A stretch of DNA of 41,474 nucleotides from IMG/VR virus record IMGVR_UViG_3300028585_000521, positions 1-41,474 of that record; one strand, 5' to 3'. The number at the start of each line of letters is the position of its first letter. Position 1 is the stretch's first letter. The stretch comes from a virus (lineage: Duplodnaviria; Caudoviricetes). The notes under the pieces were generated by a model. That model saw only the letters and a program-made list of their open reading frames with translations. It made no database searches and had not been told where the DNA came from. The position numbers and the translations under genes are program-made. Of this stretch, positions 32,916-41,474 are shown piece after piece.

Positions 32916-35900
32916 GCGATGCAGTTATCGGCGCCCTTCGCGGCGTCCTCGTTCTGGACGCCAGCGACTGGAGTCCGGCTGTCACCCGGGCCCGCGGCGA
33001 CCTTGCCGGGCTCCGCAGCGCGTTCATCGAGATCGGCCGGACGCTCGATACGGTCGCCAGCAAGATGCAGCAGTTCGGCACCGGGCTGACGATCGGCATC
33101 ACCGCCCCGCTCGCCGCCCTGGCCGTGACGTCCAACCGTACTGCCAGCGGTTTCGAGGCTTCGATGAAGCGCGTTGAGGCGGCGCTGAAGGGTGTGACCG
33201 GCAAGGAATTGAAGGCGCTGTCTGATCAGGCGCGCGACCTTGGTCCGCGCGTTGGCAAGGGCGCGACCGAAGCCGCCGATGGCATCGAGGCGCTGGGGCT
33301 GGCCGGCGTATCGACCGCTGATATCCTCGGCGGAGGGCTGAAGGCGTCGCTCGACCTCGCCGCGGCCGGCGCGGCACCGGTTGCGGATGCTGCCGCACTG
33401 GTCACCGACACCATGGGTCAGTTCAAGGTGACGGCCGCGCAGTTGCCCACGGTCGTCGGCAATGTCGTCGGCGCGCTCGACGCGTCGAAGTTCGGATTCC
33501 TCGACTTCCAGCAGGCGCTGGCGCAGGGCGGCGGCGTGGCCGCATCGGCTGGCGTCAGCTTCGCCGATTTCGCCACGTCGATCGCCGCGACCAGCACACA
33601 GTTCTCCAGCGGCTCAGATGCCGGCACGTCGTTCAAGACGTACATCCAGAGTCTGGTGCCCGTCTCGAAGGAGGCGGAAACCGCGATGAAGAAGCTCGGC
33701 ATCGAGTTCTTCGACATCCGTACCGGCCGCATGAAACCACTCGCCGAGCAGGCCGAGGTGTTGCGCAAGGCGTTCGCTGGCCTGTCTGACAAGTCGAAGA
33801 CCGACGCGCTGAAGACCATCTTCGGGTCCGATGCCGCGCGCACCGCGATCGGGCTCATGGAAAAGGGCCGTCAGGGGATCGTCGATCTTCAGCGCGAGAT
33901 CGCCGGGGGTGACGTTGGCGGCAAGATCGCCAAGCGCCTGGAGGGCGAAGCAGCAGCTACGACCCGCATGGCCAACGCTTTTGAAAGCCTGAAGATCGCG
34001 ATCGGCGAGGCGGGCCTGACGGCTGCGATCACCTCGGTGAAGAACGCGTTCGCAGGCATGTTGGAGACGATGGCGAATAGCCCGGCGCTGGTGAAGGTCG
34101 GCGTCGCCCTCGGTGTCGTCGCTGCCGCGACCGGCCCGCTCATCATCGCGCTCGGCACGGTGGCAAAATACGTCGCGGTCCGGCTTGCCTCGTCGTTCGG
34201 TATCCTCGGGCGGGCGGTGTCACTGATCGTCGCCCCGTTCCAGACCATTGCGGCCATGCTGCTGGAGTTCGGGGCCGCCCGCGCCCTCAGCGTCGGCCTC
34301 GGCGCGATTGGCCGCGCCATCCTTGGTCTGACCGGTCCGGTCGGCTGGGCGATCGGCGCGCTGCTCCTGTTCAAGGATAGCATCGCCTCAGCGTTGTCGG
34401 TGGTCTGGGACGTGGCGCAGCGAACGCTGGGTCCGGCGTTTTCGGCGCTGTTCGAACAAGTCGGCAAGGTCGTCTCGTCGGTCGTCAACGGCCCGATCGG
34501 CTCGGGCTTTGGCAACCTCGTCACCGTCATCAAGACGGTCATGGATGTCGCCGGCACCTTCATCGGCGCCATGACCGAGATGTTCGGTATCGCGCTGGTG
34601 CAGGTCATCCAGATCGGGGTCCGCGCGATCACCGGGATTGTCGAGGCGGTGGGCTCGGTCGTGCAAGCGATCGGCGCGCTGCTGTCGGGCGACTTCGTCG
34701 GCGCGTTCACCGAGGCGCAGAATGCGGTCGATGCGGTCTGCCGCGCGATCGTCGACATCGTGTCGATCCTGCTGCCCGACCTGACCCTGCCGCTGAAGCT
34801 GGCATATGAGGCGGCTCGCGCTTTCCTGGTCGATGGCTTTGCCTCGATCGCTGAGTCGTTCGGCGGCATCATCGCCGGCGCGGTCAACTTCGTTACCGGT
34901 GCCTTTCCCAACGTCGTGACCGCGGCCAAGGGCGTCTATGAAGGCGTAAAGGGCTGGCTGGTCGACAAGTTCGGCGGGCTGATGACCTGGATCGGCAATG
35001 CCGCGAAGTGGATCGGCGACAAATACGGCGCCTTAAAGGAGCGCCTCGGACTCGGTGGCGTGGTAGCGGATGCCACCCCGACTGCGCCTGCCAAGCCCAA
35101 GCCGGTTGCCGCCCCCCCGGCCGACCGCGGCACCCGGGTCGTCAACTTCGACGATGGCAAGTCTCGCAAACGCCGTGGAGCGGGCAAGGGGCGGGACGTT
35201 ACCTATGACACCGGCAATCGCGATCAACTGAGGATCGATGCCGAACTGGATGCCGCCCGCGCCCGCGGCGACAAGGAAGCAGAGCAGCGCATCCAGGACC
35301 GTCTCGCACTGTCGAAGCAGATCGAGGCGTATCAGCGCACCGGCCTGAGCCTCGACAAGGCGCGGGCTGCGGCCGAGCGTGACATGGCGACGATCCAGGC
35401 AGGCCGGGCAGCGGCGGTGGCGCGCGAGATCGCCGACGAGCAGCAGGCCGTCGCGCTCGACGTCGCCCGCCTCGGCACCGATCGTCAGGCCGAAGCCAGC
35501 CTCGAACGGCAGGTCGAACTGAAGCGCCGGATCGCGTTCTACTACGAGCAGACCAAGAGCCTGGCGGAAGCTACCCGGTTGGCGGAGGCCGATCAGGTCA
35601 AGGTCGATACCGCCCGCGTCGCCGTGCGGCAGCGCTGGTTCGAGGACGATGCCGCCGACCGCGCCGTCCGCCTCGCCGAAGCGCGCGGCGACAGCGAGGA
35701 GGAGGTGCGCCGCCTCCGCCGGGTGATCGATATCCGGCAGCGCGCCCGTGACCTCGAAGCGCAGGGCATGTCGGCCGGCGCCGCACTGGGGCAGGCGACT
35801 GGTGAGTGGCAGGAGGAAGACAAGGCTCGCCTGACCGGTACGTTCCGGTCGACCTTCCGCGACGGCATGCGCGCGGCGATGGGCGGCAACTTCGGCGATT

Positions 35901-36409
35901 TCTTCAAGAACTTCTGGAAGGATCGCGTCGCCAAGGGGATGGAGGAAGCGCTCAACAGCCTGTCCGCGCTGATCCAGCGGCTGTTCGCCAATGTGAACAT
36001 CGGCGGCGGGGGCAGCGGAGGTGGTGGCATCCTGTCCGCGCTGGGTTCGCTGTTCGGCAAGGGCAACGCCCGGACCGGCATCGCGGGGCCGGACACCAAG
36101 TTCGCGCTGTCGACCGACCTCATCGACCTGCCCAAGTTCAACACCGGTGGCTCGTTCCGGGTCGGCGGCATGTCCGGCGTCGATGCCAACGTCGTGTCGA
36201 TGCGCCTGACCAAGGGTGAGATGGTGGATATCCGCAAGCCGGGCAACGACAATGGCGGCCGCGCCCAGCCGGCGGTGGTGCAACTGGCGGTGCGCCGCGG
36301 TGAAATGTTCGAGCCGGTGGTGGAAGGCATCTCCGGCAACGTCTCGGTTCGGACAGCGGCGGCCAGCGCCACCGGGCAGGCGATGCGTTCGCGGCAGACG
36401 GTCGGCTGA
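32912..36409 (+). CDS. Tail tape measure protein (TP901-type core)
   Basis: 1165 aa, Ala/Gly-rich; FEASMKRV...GSDAGTSFK...IFGSDA; RBS AAGGAGG. Confidence 0.93.
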   Translation: MSDAVIGALRGVLVLDASDWSPAVTRARGDLAGLRSAFIEIGRTLDTVASKMQQFGTGLTIGITAPLAALAVTSNRTASGFEASMKRVEAALKGVTGKELKALSDQARDLGPRVGKGATEAADGIEALGLAGVSTADILGGGLKASLDLAAAGAAPVADAAALVTDTMGQFKVTAAQLPTVVGNVVGALDASKFGFLDFQQALAQGGGVAASAGVSFADFATSIAATSTQFSSGSDAGTSFKTYIQSLVPVSKEAETAMKKLGIEFFDIRTGRMKPLAEQAEVLRKAFAGLSDKSKTDALKTIFGSDAARTAIGLMEKGRQGIVDLQREIAGGDVGGKIAKRLEGEAAATTRMANAFESLKIAIGEAGLTAAITSVKNAFAGMLETMANSPALVKVGVALGVVAAATGPLIIALGTVAKYVAVRLASSFGILGRAVSLIVAPFQTIAAMLLEFGAARALSVGLGAIGRAILGLTGPVGWAIGALLLFKDSIASALSVVWDVAQRTLGPAFSALFEQVGKVVSSVVNGPIGSGFGNLVTVIKTVMDVAGTFIGAMTEMFGIALVQVIQIGVRAITGIVEAVGSVVQAIGALLSGDFVGAFTEAQNAVDAVCRAIVDIVSILLPDLTLPLKLAYEAARAFLVDGFASIAESFGGIIAGAVNFVTGAFPNVVTAAKGVYEGVKGWLVDKFGGLMTWIGNAAKWIGDKYGALKERLGLGGVVADATPTAPAKPKPVAAPPADRGTRVVNFDDGKSRKRRGAGKGRDVTYDTGNRDQLRIDAELDAARARGDKEAEQRIQDRLALSKQIEAYQRTGLSLDKARAAAERDMATIQAGRAAAVAREIADEQQAVALDVARLGTDRQAEASLERQVELKRRIAFYYEQTKSLAEATRLAEADQVKVDTARVAVRQRWFEDDAADRAVRLAEARGDSEEEVRRLRRVIDIRQRARDLEAQGMSAGAALGQATGEWQEEDKARLTGTFRSTFRDGMRAAMGGNFGDFFKNFWKDRVAKGMEEALNSLSALIQRLFANVNIGGGGSGGGGILSALGSLFGKGNARTGIAGPDTKFALSTDLIDLPKFNTGGSFRVGGMSGVDANVVSMRLTKGEMVDIRKPGNDNGGRAQPAVVQLAVRRGEMFEPVVEGISGNVSVRTAAASATGQAMRSRQTVG

Positions 36410-37005
36410 TGGCGGTGATCGACATCCCGGCATGGGCGGTGCCGAATAGCGGCTCGGCAGCGTTCCTCGACTTCGGCGGCGTGTTGCGGCCCTCCACGGG
36501 CGCGGCGCTCACCCGCGTCGACCGGCAGGGATCGCGCTACCGTGCCGCCCTCGCCTTTCCGCCGTTTTACGATCCGGCACGCGGGCGGATCATCGTCTCT
36601 CGCCTGATCCGGGCGAAGCGCATGGGATTGCGCGTCGAGTATCCGTTGACCTGCCCGCAGCCGTTGCAGGATGCGGTGGTCGACGGTGCCGGCCAGTCGG
36701 GCACGTCGCTGAACATTCGTGGCCTGTACCGCGGCATGGTCGTGCGGGAAGGCTTCTGGCTGAACGTCGTCCGCGCTGACGGCCAGCACTTCCTTCACAA
36801 CGTCGCAGGCGAGGTGATCGCTGGCGCCGATGGTCGCGCGGCACTGCCCCTGTCGGAGATGATCCGCGACGACTTCGCCGACGGTGCCACCGTCAAGCTG
36901 GTGCGACCGATGATTGAGGGGCTTGTCGATGGCGATGAGCAGGCGTGGTCGATCTCGATCGAGAAGTTCATCGGGATCGAGTTCACCGTCGAGGAGGCTG
37001 CCTGA
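36409..37005 (+). CDS. Putative distal tail protein
   Basis: 198 aa directly after the tape measure gene and coupled to it. Confidence 0.65.
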   Translation: MAVIDIPAWAVPNSGSAAFLDFGGVLRPSTGAALTRVDRQGSRYRAALAFPPFYDPARGRIIVSRLIRAKRMGLRVEYPLTCPQPLQDAVVDGAGQSGTSLNIRGLYRGMVVREGFWLNVVRADGQHFLHNVAGEVIAGADGRAALPLSEMIRDDFADGATVKLVRPMIEGLVDGDEQAWSISIEKFIGIEFTVEEAA

Positions 37006-37574
37006 TGGACCGCATCCTCCTGGTCGGGCTGATGAAGATGGAGTTGCCCGGTCGCACCGTGCTGCTTTGCGACGGCGGCTTCCTGCGCTGGGGCGACGAT
37101 GTCTATCGCAGCGAGGATGATACGTTCGGCACGCTGGCCGGGTTCGAGGCGATGGAGGAAGGCGTCGGCGACGTCATTCCCGCCGGCACGCTGACGATGC
37201 TGCCCGCCAGCACGGCCGCAGCCGCGACGATCTCGCGACCCGGCTATCAGGGGTCGCGCATCCGCCTGTGGATCGCCGAGGTCGACGAGGCCACCGGCAC
37301 CATCATCGGCACCCCCGACCTGCAGGCCGACTGGCAGGTGGACCGCACAACCCTGACGATCGGCAAGGGCAAGCGATCGCTCGCGATCGGTTGCGTCACA
37401 CGCGCCCAGCGTCTGCTGGCCCGCAACGAGGGGAACGTCCTGTCGAGTGCCTTCCACAGCAGCGTCTTTCCCGGTGAGCGGGGGCACGACAATGCCACCG
37501 GTCTGGCCGGCAGCTTCGCATGGGGCGTGGCCGCCCCGCCCCGCGGCGTCGTCGCGAGTGGCATCAGTGGTTGA
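37005..37574 (+). CDS. Minor tail / hub protein
   Basis: Position; SSAFHSSVFPGERG motif; RBS GAGGAGG. Confidence 0.65.
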   Translation: MDRILLVGLMKMELPGRTVLLCDGGFLRWGDDVYRSEDDTFGTLAGFEAMEEGVGDVIPAGTLTMLPASTAAAATISRPGYQGSRIRLWIAEVDEATGTIIGTPDLQADWQVDRTTLTIGKGKRSLAIGCVTRAQRLLARNEGNVLSSAFHSSVFPGERGHDNATGLAGSFAWGVAAPPRGVVASGISG

Positions 37575-37974
37575 TCTGGTCGCCCGCGTTGCTGCGACCG
37601 AGAAGGTGGTCGCCCGGTTCCGCGACCGGCCGTTCGATTGGGCAAGCCGCTCGACCTGCATCCACCTCGCGCGGGCACAAGCACGGGCAATGGGCCACCG
37701 GCCGCCATCGATCCCCGATTTCCGGTCGCCAATCGGCGCGCGCACGGCACTGCGGTCGACCGGTTTCGACTCGCTTGAGGCACTGCTCGACAGCCTGTTC
37801 GAGCGCATCCCGCCTGCCGCGATGTTGGTGGGCGACCTGGGGCTGATGGAGGGCGAGCCGCCCTTTGACGGGATCGTGATCGGCGCCGGCGGCAAGGTGA
37901 TCGGCTATCATCAGGATGCCGTCGGGCTCGCGCCGATTGCTCATCCGCAGATCAAAGCCGCGTGGCGGCTGTAG
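37567..37974 (+). CDS. NlpC/P60-like tail assembly protein (DUF6950-like)
   Basis: RPFDWASRSTCIHLA...VGDLG...AWRL. Confidence 0.65.
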   Translation: MVDLVARVAATEKVVARFRDRPFDWASRSTCIHLARAQARAMGHRPPSIPDFRSPIGARTALRSTGFDSLEALLDSLFERIPPAAMLVGDLGLMEGEPPFDGIVIGAGGKVIGYHQDAVGLAPIAHPQIKAAWRL

Positions 37975-37984
37975 AGGTGAGCGT

Positions 37985-39985
37985 ATGTCCAAGACCCTCC
38001 GCACGGTAGGCATGGTCGCAGGGCTGGTCGCGTTGGCCGCAACCGGCGTCGGCGCGATTGCCGCGGCTGGTGGTGCGACCGCGCTGGCGGCCGGTTCGGT
38101 CGCTGGATATGCCAGTGCTGCCGCTGCCATCGCCAATATCGGCGCCCTGGCTACAGCCAAGACGCCCCCTGCCCGCGGCTCCGTCAGCGGGATCACGATC
38201 GGCGGTGACCAGCCTACCCCGATCCTGATAGGCGAGACCTATTACGGTGGCTCGCGCCAGTATCAGGACGGCTACGGCCCTACCCTCGATAAGGTGCCCA
38301 ACCCCTACGCGTTCATCGTCGATGTCTATTCGGGAGCCGGACCGGTCGACGGCGTCGTCGACTATCTGGCCGACTTCGCTCCGCTGGGCATTCCACCCGC
38401 AGGCGGCGCAGCGACGGGCTATGCCGGCGGCTTCCTGTGGGCCGGCCGTCAGCTGGGTGCCGTGCCGGAGGGTGCCGCCCTTTCGCCGCGCTATGCTGGT
38501 GCGCCGAATTGGGGCGCCGCCTACAAGCTGTCGGGCAAGGCGGCGATCGGCTGGTCGCTGCTGTTCGATCGTAAGGGCAAGGTGTTTGCCAGCGGTGTGC
38601 CGCAACTCGGGGCGATCTGGCGCGGGGTGCGGGTCTACGATCCCCGGCTCGACGGCACCTATCCAGGCGGCATTGGCCCACAGCGCATTGACGACGAGAC
38701 GACTTGGGCATGGTCGGAGAACCCCGGCCTGCACGGGTTGGCCTACGCCTATGGCCGCTATCAGCGGGCCGTGAAGGTCGCTGGTGTCGGCATCCCTGCG
38801 GACGGCCTGAACCTCGAGGACTTCGTCCACCTCGCCAATGTCTGCGACGCCAATGGCTGGAAGGTCGGCGGGGTGGTCTTCGAACCCGCGACCGGGGCTG
38901 CGTCATCGCGGTGGCAGAACCTGAAGGATATTCTAGCGGCCGGCGGCGCGGAACCCTGCTTCCGCGGCGGGCGGCTGGGGCTGAAGGTCAGCGCACCGCG
39001 CCTCGCGCTGGACACCATCACCGAGGCCGATCTGGCTGACGATGATATCGTGACCGGGGCGATGCAGGGATGGGAAGGTCGCCTCAACACGCTGATCCCC
39101 AAGTACCGGTCGCGCGATCACAAATGGGAATACGTCCAGTCCACCGCACCGGTGACGATCGCTAGCTACGTTGCCGAGGATGGCGAGGTGAAGCGGGAGG
39201 AGCGCCAATTCAACCTGGTCCAGCATAAGGACCAGGCAGCGCAGCTATGCGCCTACGAACTGCTCGATCGGCGCGAGTTGGGCGATATCGAAATCGTCTG
39301 CAAGCCGAGGCTGCGCCGATACGGACCTGGCGACCTGCTGATCGTCGACATCAAGGAAGCCGGCCTGATCGCCCAACCTTGTGTGATCCTGAAGCGTACG
39401 CTCGACCCCGCCACCATGACCGTCCGGTTCGTCATGCGCGGGGAGACGCCGGCTAAGCACGCGTTCGCGCTCGGCCAAGTCGGTGTGGCACCTCCGACCC
39501 CGGCGATCCGATCGACAGCAGATCTGGATGGTATCGCCGCACCCATCGTGGCGACACGTGGAGCATATCAGTTGATCGGCTTCGACGAGGCCTATCCGGT
39601 AAGCACCACTACATCGACCATCGCAATCGCGGCATTCCGCGGTACGCTCGACACGGGAAGGATCGTTGATTTTCCAGCGAGTGAGATCACTGGTCTGACG
39701 GATTCGGCGAGTTATATTGTCGTGTACGCATTGGCTGACGTGGAGCAGATGCTGGTCGGTGATGACGGCCAGACGTCCATCACGACGGTGCCCGCAGGGA
39801 CATACGTTGCGGCCCCCGCACCTGCGCTAGAATATTTAGCGAACCAAGGCTGGGCGGTCGTGCAGAAGGCAATCACCGCTTCGCCCGATGGCACCTATCC
39901 GCCCGAACCGACGCCGCCGGGCGGATATGGTGGTGGAGGTTATGGTGGTGGCGGGCGTTATCAACCGACCGTACAGCAGGAATGA
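37985..39985 (+). CDS. Tail tip / host specificity protein (gpJ-like)
   Basis: GVRVYDPR...WAWSENP...ANVCD; 666 aa. Confidence 0.85.
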   Translation: MSKTLRTVGMVAGLVALAATGVGAIAAAGGATALAAGSVAGYASAAAAIANIGALATAKTPPARGSVSGITIGGDQPTPILIGETYYGGSRQYQDGYGPTLDKVPNPYAFIVDVYSGAGPVDGVVDYLADFAPLGIPPAGGAATGYAGGFLWAGRQLGAVPEGAALSPRYAGAPNWGAAYKLSGKAAIGWSLLFDRKGKVFASGVPQLGAIWRGVRVYDPRLDGTYPGGIGPQRIDDETTWAWSENPGLHGLAYAYGRYQRAVKVAGVGIPADGLNLEDFVHLANVCDANGWKVGGVVFEPATGAASSRWQNLKDILAAGGAEPCFRGGRLGLKVSAPRLALDTITEADLADDDIVTGAMQGWEGRLNTLIPKYRSRDHKWEYVQSTAPVTIASYVAEDGEVKREERQFNLVQHKDQAAQLCAYELLDRRELGDIEIVCKPRLRRYGPGDLLIVDIKEAGLIAQPCVILKRTLDPATMTVRFVMRGETPAKHAFALGQVGVAPPTPAIRSTADLDGIAAPIVATRGAYQLIGFDEAYPVSTTTSTIAIAAFRGTLDTGRIVDFPASEITGLTDSASYIVVYALADVEQMLVGDDGQTSITTVPAGTYVAAPAPALEYLANQGWAVVQKAITASPDGTYPPEPTPPGGYGGGGYGGGGRYQPTVQQE

Positions 39986-40184
39986 CACCACCGCTGCTCC
40001 ACGTTACCAGCGCAAAATCGATGAGATGACCGTGCAATTCGCTAATACGCTATGCAATTCCAATCTGACTCATAGGTAACCAAAAATATCAAGAATTATG
40101 TTTTCGATTTCAGAGCCTTAAGATCATTGTGTTTGAATAGCCGACTTGGGACAATTCGTCATCCAGACCTTGGAGGACGATGCC

Positions 40185-41474
40185 ATGTACGCGATCATCA
40201 CCTTCCGTCATCAGGGCCCGCTAAAGACTTGGCAGGCGATCCGCGCTGCCAACGTACACAACGCCCGCACCAAACCGCTGGCGCACGCGATGCCGGACGC
40301 ACCCGCACCGAAGCACCTGATCGGGGTCGGTGACCTCGAGCGCGACGTGAAGCGCTTGCTCCGCGTCGTGAAGCTCAACCCCGACCATCTGCGCAAGAAC
40401 GGCGTCATCGCCTATGAGGCAATCCTGTCGGCCTCGCCGGCCTTCTTCGAACAGGGCTCGCCGGACGAGCAGGCCCAGCGCCTGACCGAATGGATCGCCG
40501 CACAGGTGAAGTGGGCCAAAGAGCGGTACGAGTCGTACCGCATCGCCTCGATGGTTCTGCACACCGACGAGAAGACGCCGCATATCCATCTTGTCGTCCT
40601 CCCGCTGGAGGTGAAGTCGGACAAGCGGTACTGTGACAAGGCCGCGATGCGGTGGAATCTGGTCGGCCGCACGATCTCCGGTCCCGGCAGGTTTGACGAA
40701 GCGCAGGACGCCTATGCGGCGGCAATGGCACCGTTCGGGCTCATTCGGGGCACAAAGGGCAGCGGCAGGAAGCACGAGCCGGTGCCCGTCTATCTCGCCC
40801 GCCTGGCCGCCAAGGAACGTGGCGTGGACGATGCGCGCGAGACGGTGCGGCAGAATGCCGTCGCCGTGGCAGCAGATCAGCAACAGAACATGCGGGACCG
40901 GGATGCGCTTGTGATCGGCTTCGATCGCCTGACGCAGTCAGCAGCAGCGACGGCCGCCGATCGCCGGAAGCTGGACGAGGAGCGTGAAGCCCTCGACAAA
41001 GCCAAGGCCGCCCATGCTGCACGCGTTGCCGACGACGAGCGCCGCCTAGCTGCCGATCGTGCTGTAGCCTGCCAGCAGCTGGCTGATCTGCGCGCGATGA
41101 AAGATGAACTGCAGCAGGACATGGCCAGCCAGAAGGTAGAGGCCGCAGCAACCACGCGTGCCATGCAGGCTGCCGCCGCGCTGAACGAGGAGGCGGAAGC
41201 TGACCGTATCGCTGCCGCCGACGAACGGTCTCGGGCCGAGGCGATGGCGGCCAAGATCGATCAGCACCGCGTCCATCTACTGCCGACCTTCCGGGCCGCT
41301 GCTGAGTTTCGGAAGCGTGTGCAGGCGCTGCATAGCCAGCATTCCAACCCAATGATATCAGCGACGCAGGCCGCCGTTAATGCTCTGCAAGCAGCCGGAT
41401 CGTCCATTTCAATGACTTTGCTAATAAACGAACAGATAGGTATGGCGCGTTTGGGGATTTCGCTAACACATTAG
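40185..41474 (+). CDS. mobV: MobV/Pre-family relaxase (plasmid recombination protein)
   Basis: HNAR, YEAILSASPAFF, HTDEKTPHIH (HxDExTPHxH), C-terminal coiled coil; RBS GGAGG. Confidence 0.88.
   Translation: MYAIITFRHQGPLKTWQAIRAANVHNARTKPLAHAMPDAPAPKHLIGVGDLERDVKRLLRVVKLNPDHLRKNGVIAYEAILSASPAFFEQGSPDEQAQRLTEWIAAQVKWAKERYESYRIASMVLHTDEKTPHIHLVVLPLEVKSDKRYCDKAAMRWNLVGRTISGPGRFDEAQDAYAAAMAPFGLIRGTKGSGRKHEPVPVYLARLAAKERGVDDARETVRQNAVAVAADQQQNMRDRDALVIGFDRLTQSAAATAADRRKLDEEREALDKAKAAHAARVADDERRLAADRAVACQQLADLRAMKDELQQDMASQKVEAAATTRAMQAAAALNEEAEADRIAAADERSRAEAMAAKIDQHRVHLLPTFRAAAEFRKRVQALHSQHSNPMISATQAAVNALQAAGSSISMTLLINEQIGMARLGISLTH

Larger units (their letters stand above)
1127..39985. mobile_element. 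Temperate siphovirus prophage (HK97-type head, long non-contractile tail); right end uncertain or truncated
   Basis: Integrase next to a tRNA, cI/cro switch, replication genes, HNH-terS-terL-portal-protease-capsid-tail order. No lysis cassette or attR recognised. Confidence 0.92.

Noticed and set aside
24802-38830. Many long minus-strand ORFs over the structural genes
   Set aside because: They are antisense shadows of well-supported genes and show no coupling or motifs.
39996-40003. GCTCCACG matches the tRNA 3' end and flank (1121-1128), a possible attR
   Set aside because: An 8-bp match is expected by chance in 41 kb of GC-rich DNA, although its position at the junction is suggestive.
1-41474. 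CRISPR array, diversity-generating retroelement, retron or IS element
   Set aside because: No regularly spaced repeats, reverse transcriptase motifs, TR/VR pair or transposase were found by eye.

Overview
Most of this GC-rich window is a temperate HK97/lambda-like siphovirus prophage. The host is probably alphaproteobacterial (Sphingomonas-like), inferred from the GAAC-N7-GAAC LexA box and the gene content. The prophage is integrated at the 3' end of a tRNA-Gly(CCC) (1053-1126). From left to right the window holds a lipoprotein gene and an older integrase remnant, the tRNA, and a tyrosine integrase. Next come an unusual, tightly coupled early-left operon, a cI/cro switch with a clear operator palindrome (TACGCA-N3-TGCGTA), and a CII-like gene. 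The replication module has primase, DnaB and an initiator. It is followed by a ~7.5 kb accessory (moron) region with a LexA-boxed umuDC-like cassette, and then HNH-terminase-portal-protease-capsid-tail genes including a lambda-type GGGAAG frameshift site. Phage genes stop after the tail-tip gene at 39985. No lysis genes and no convincing attR are visible, and a MobV/Pre relaxase gene follows. The best novelty candidate is a 724-aa early protein with about nine HTH-like units, six exactly spaced CxCGx4Hx3C motifs and a C-terminal segment resembling sigma-70 region 3.2. Other candidates are antisense genes nested under ORFs that are coupled at both ends, a CI that appears to lack its catalytic Lys, an Rmf-like protein, and a small peptide/putative sRNA/wHTH locus. 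All family calls come from motifs recognised by eye; no database searches were run.
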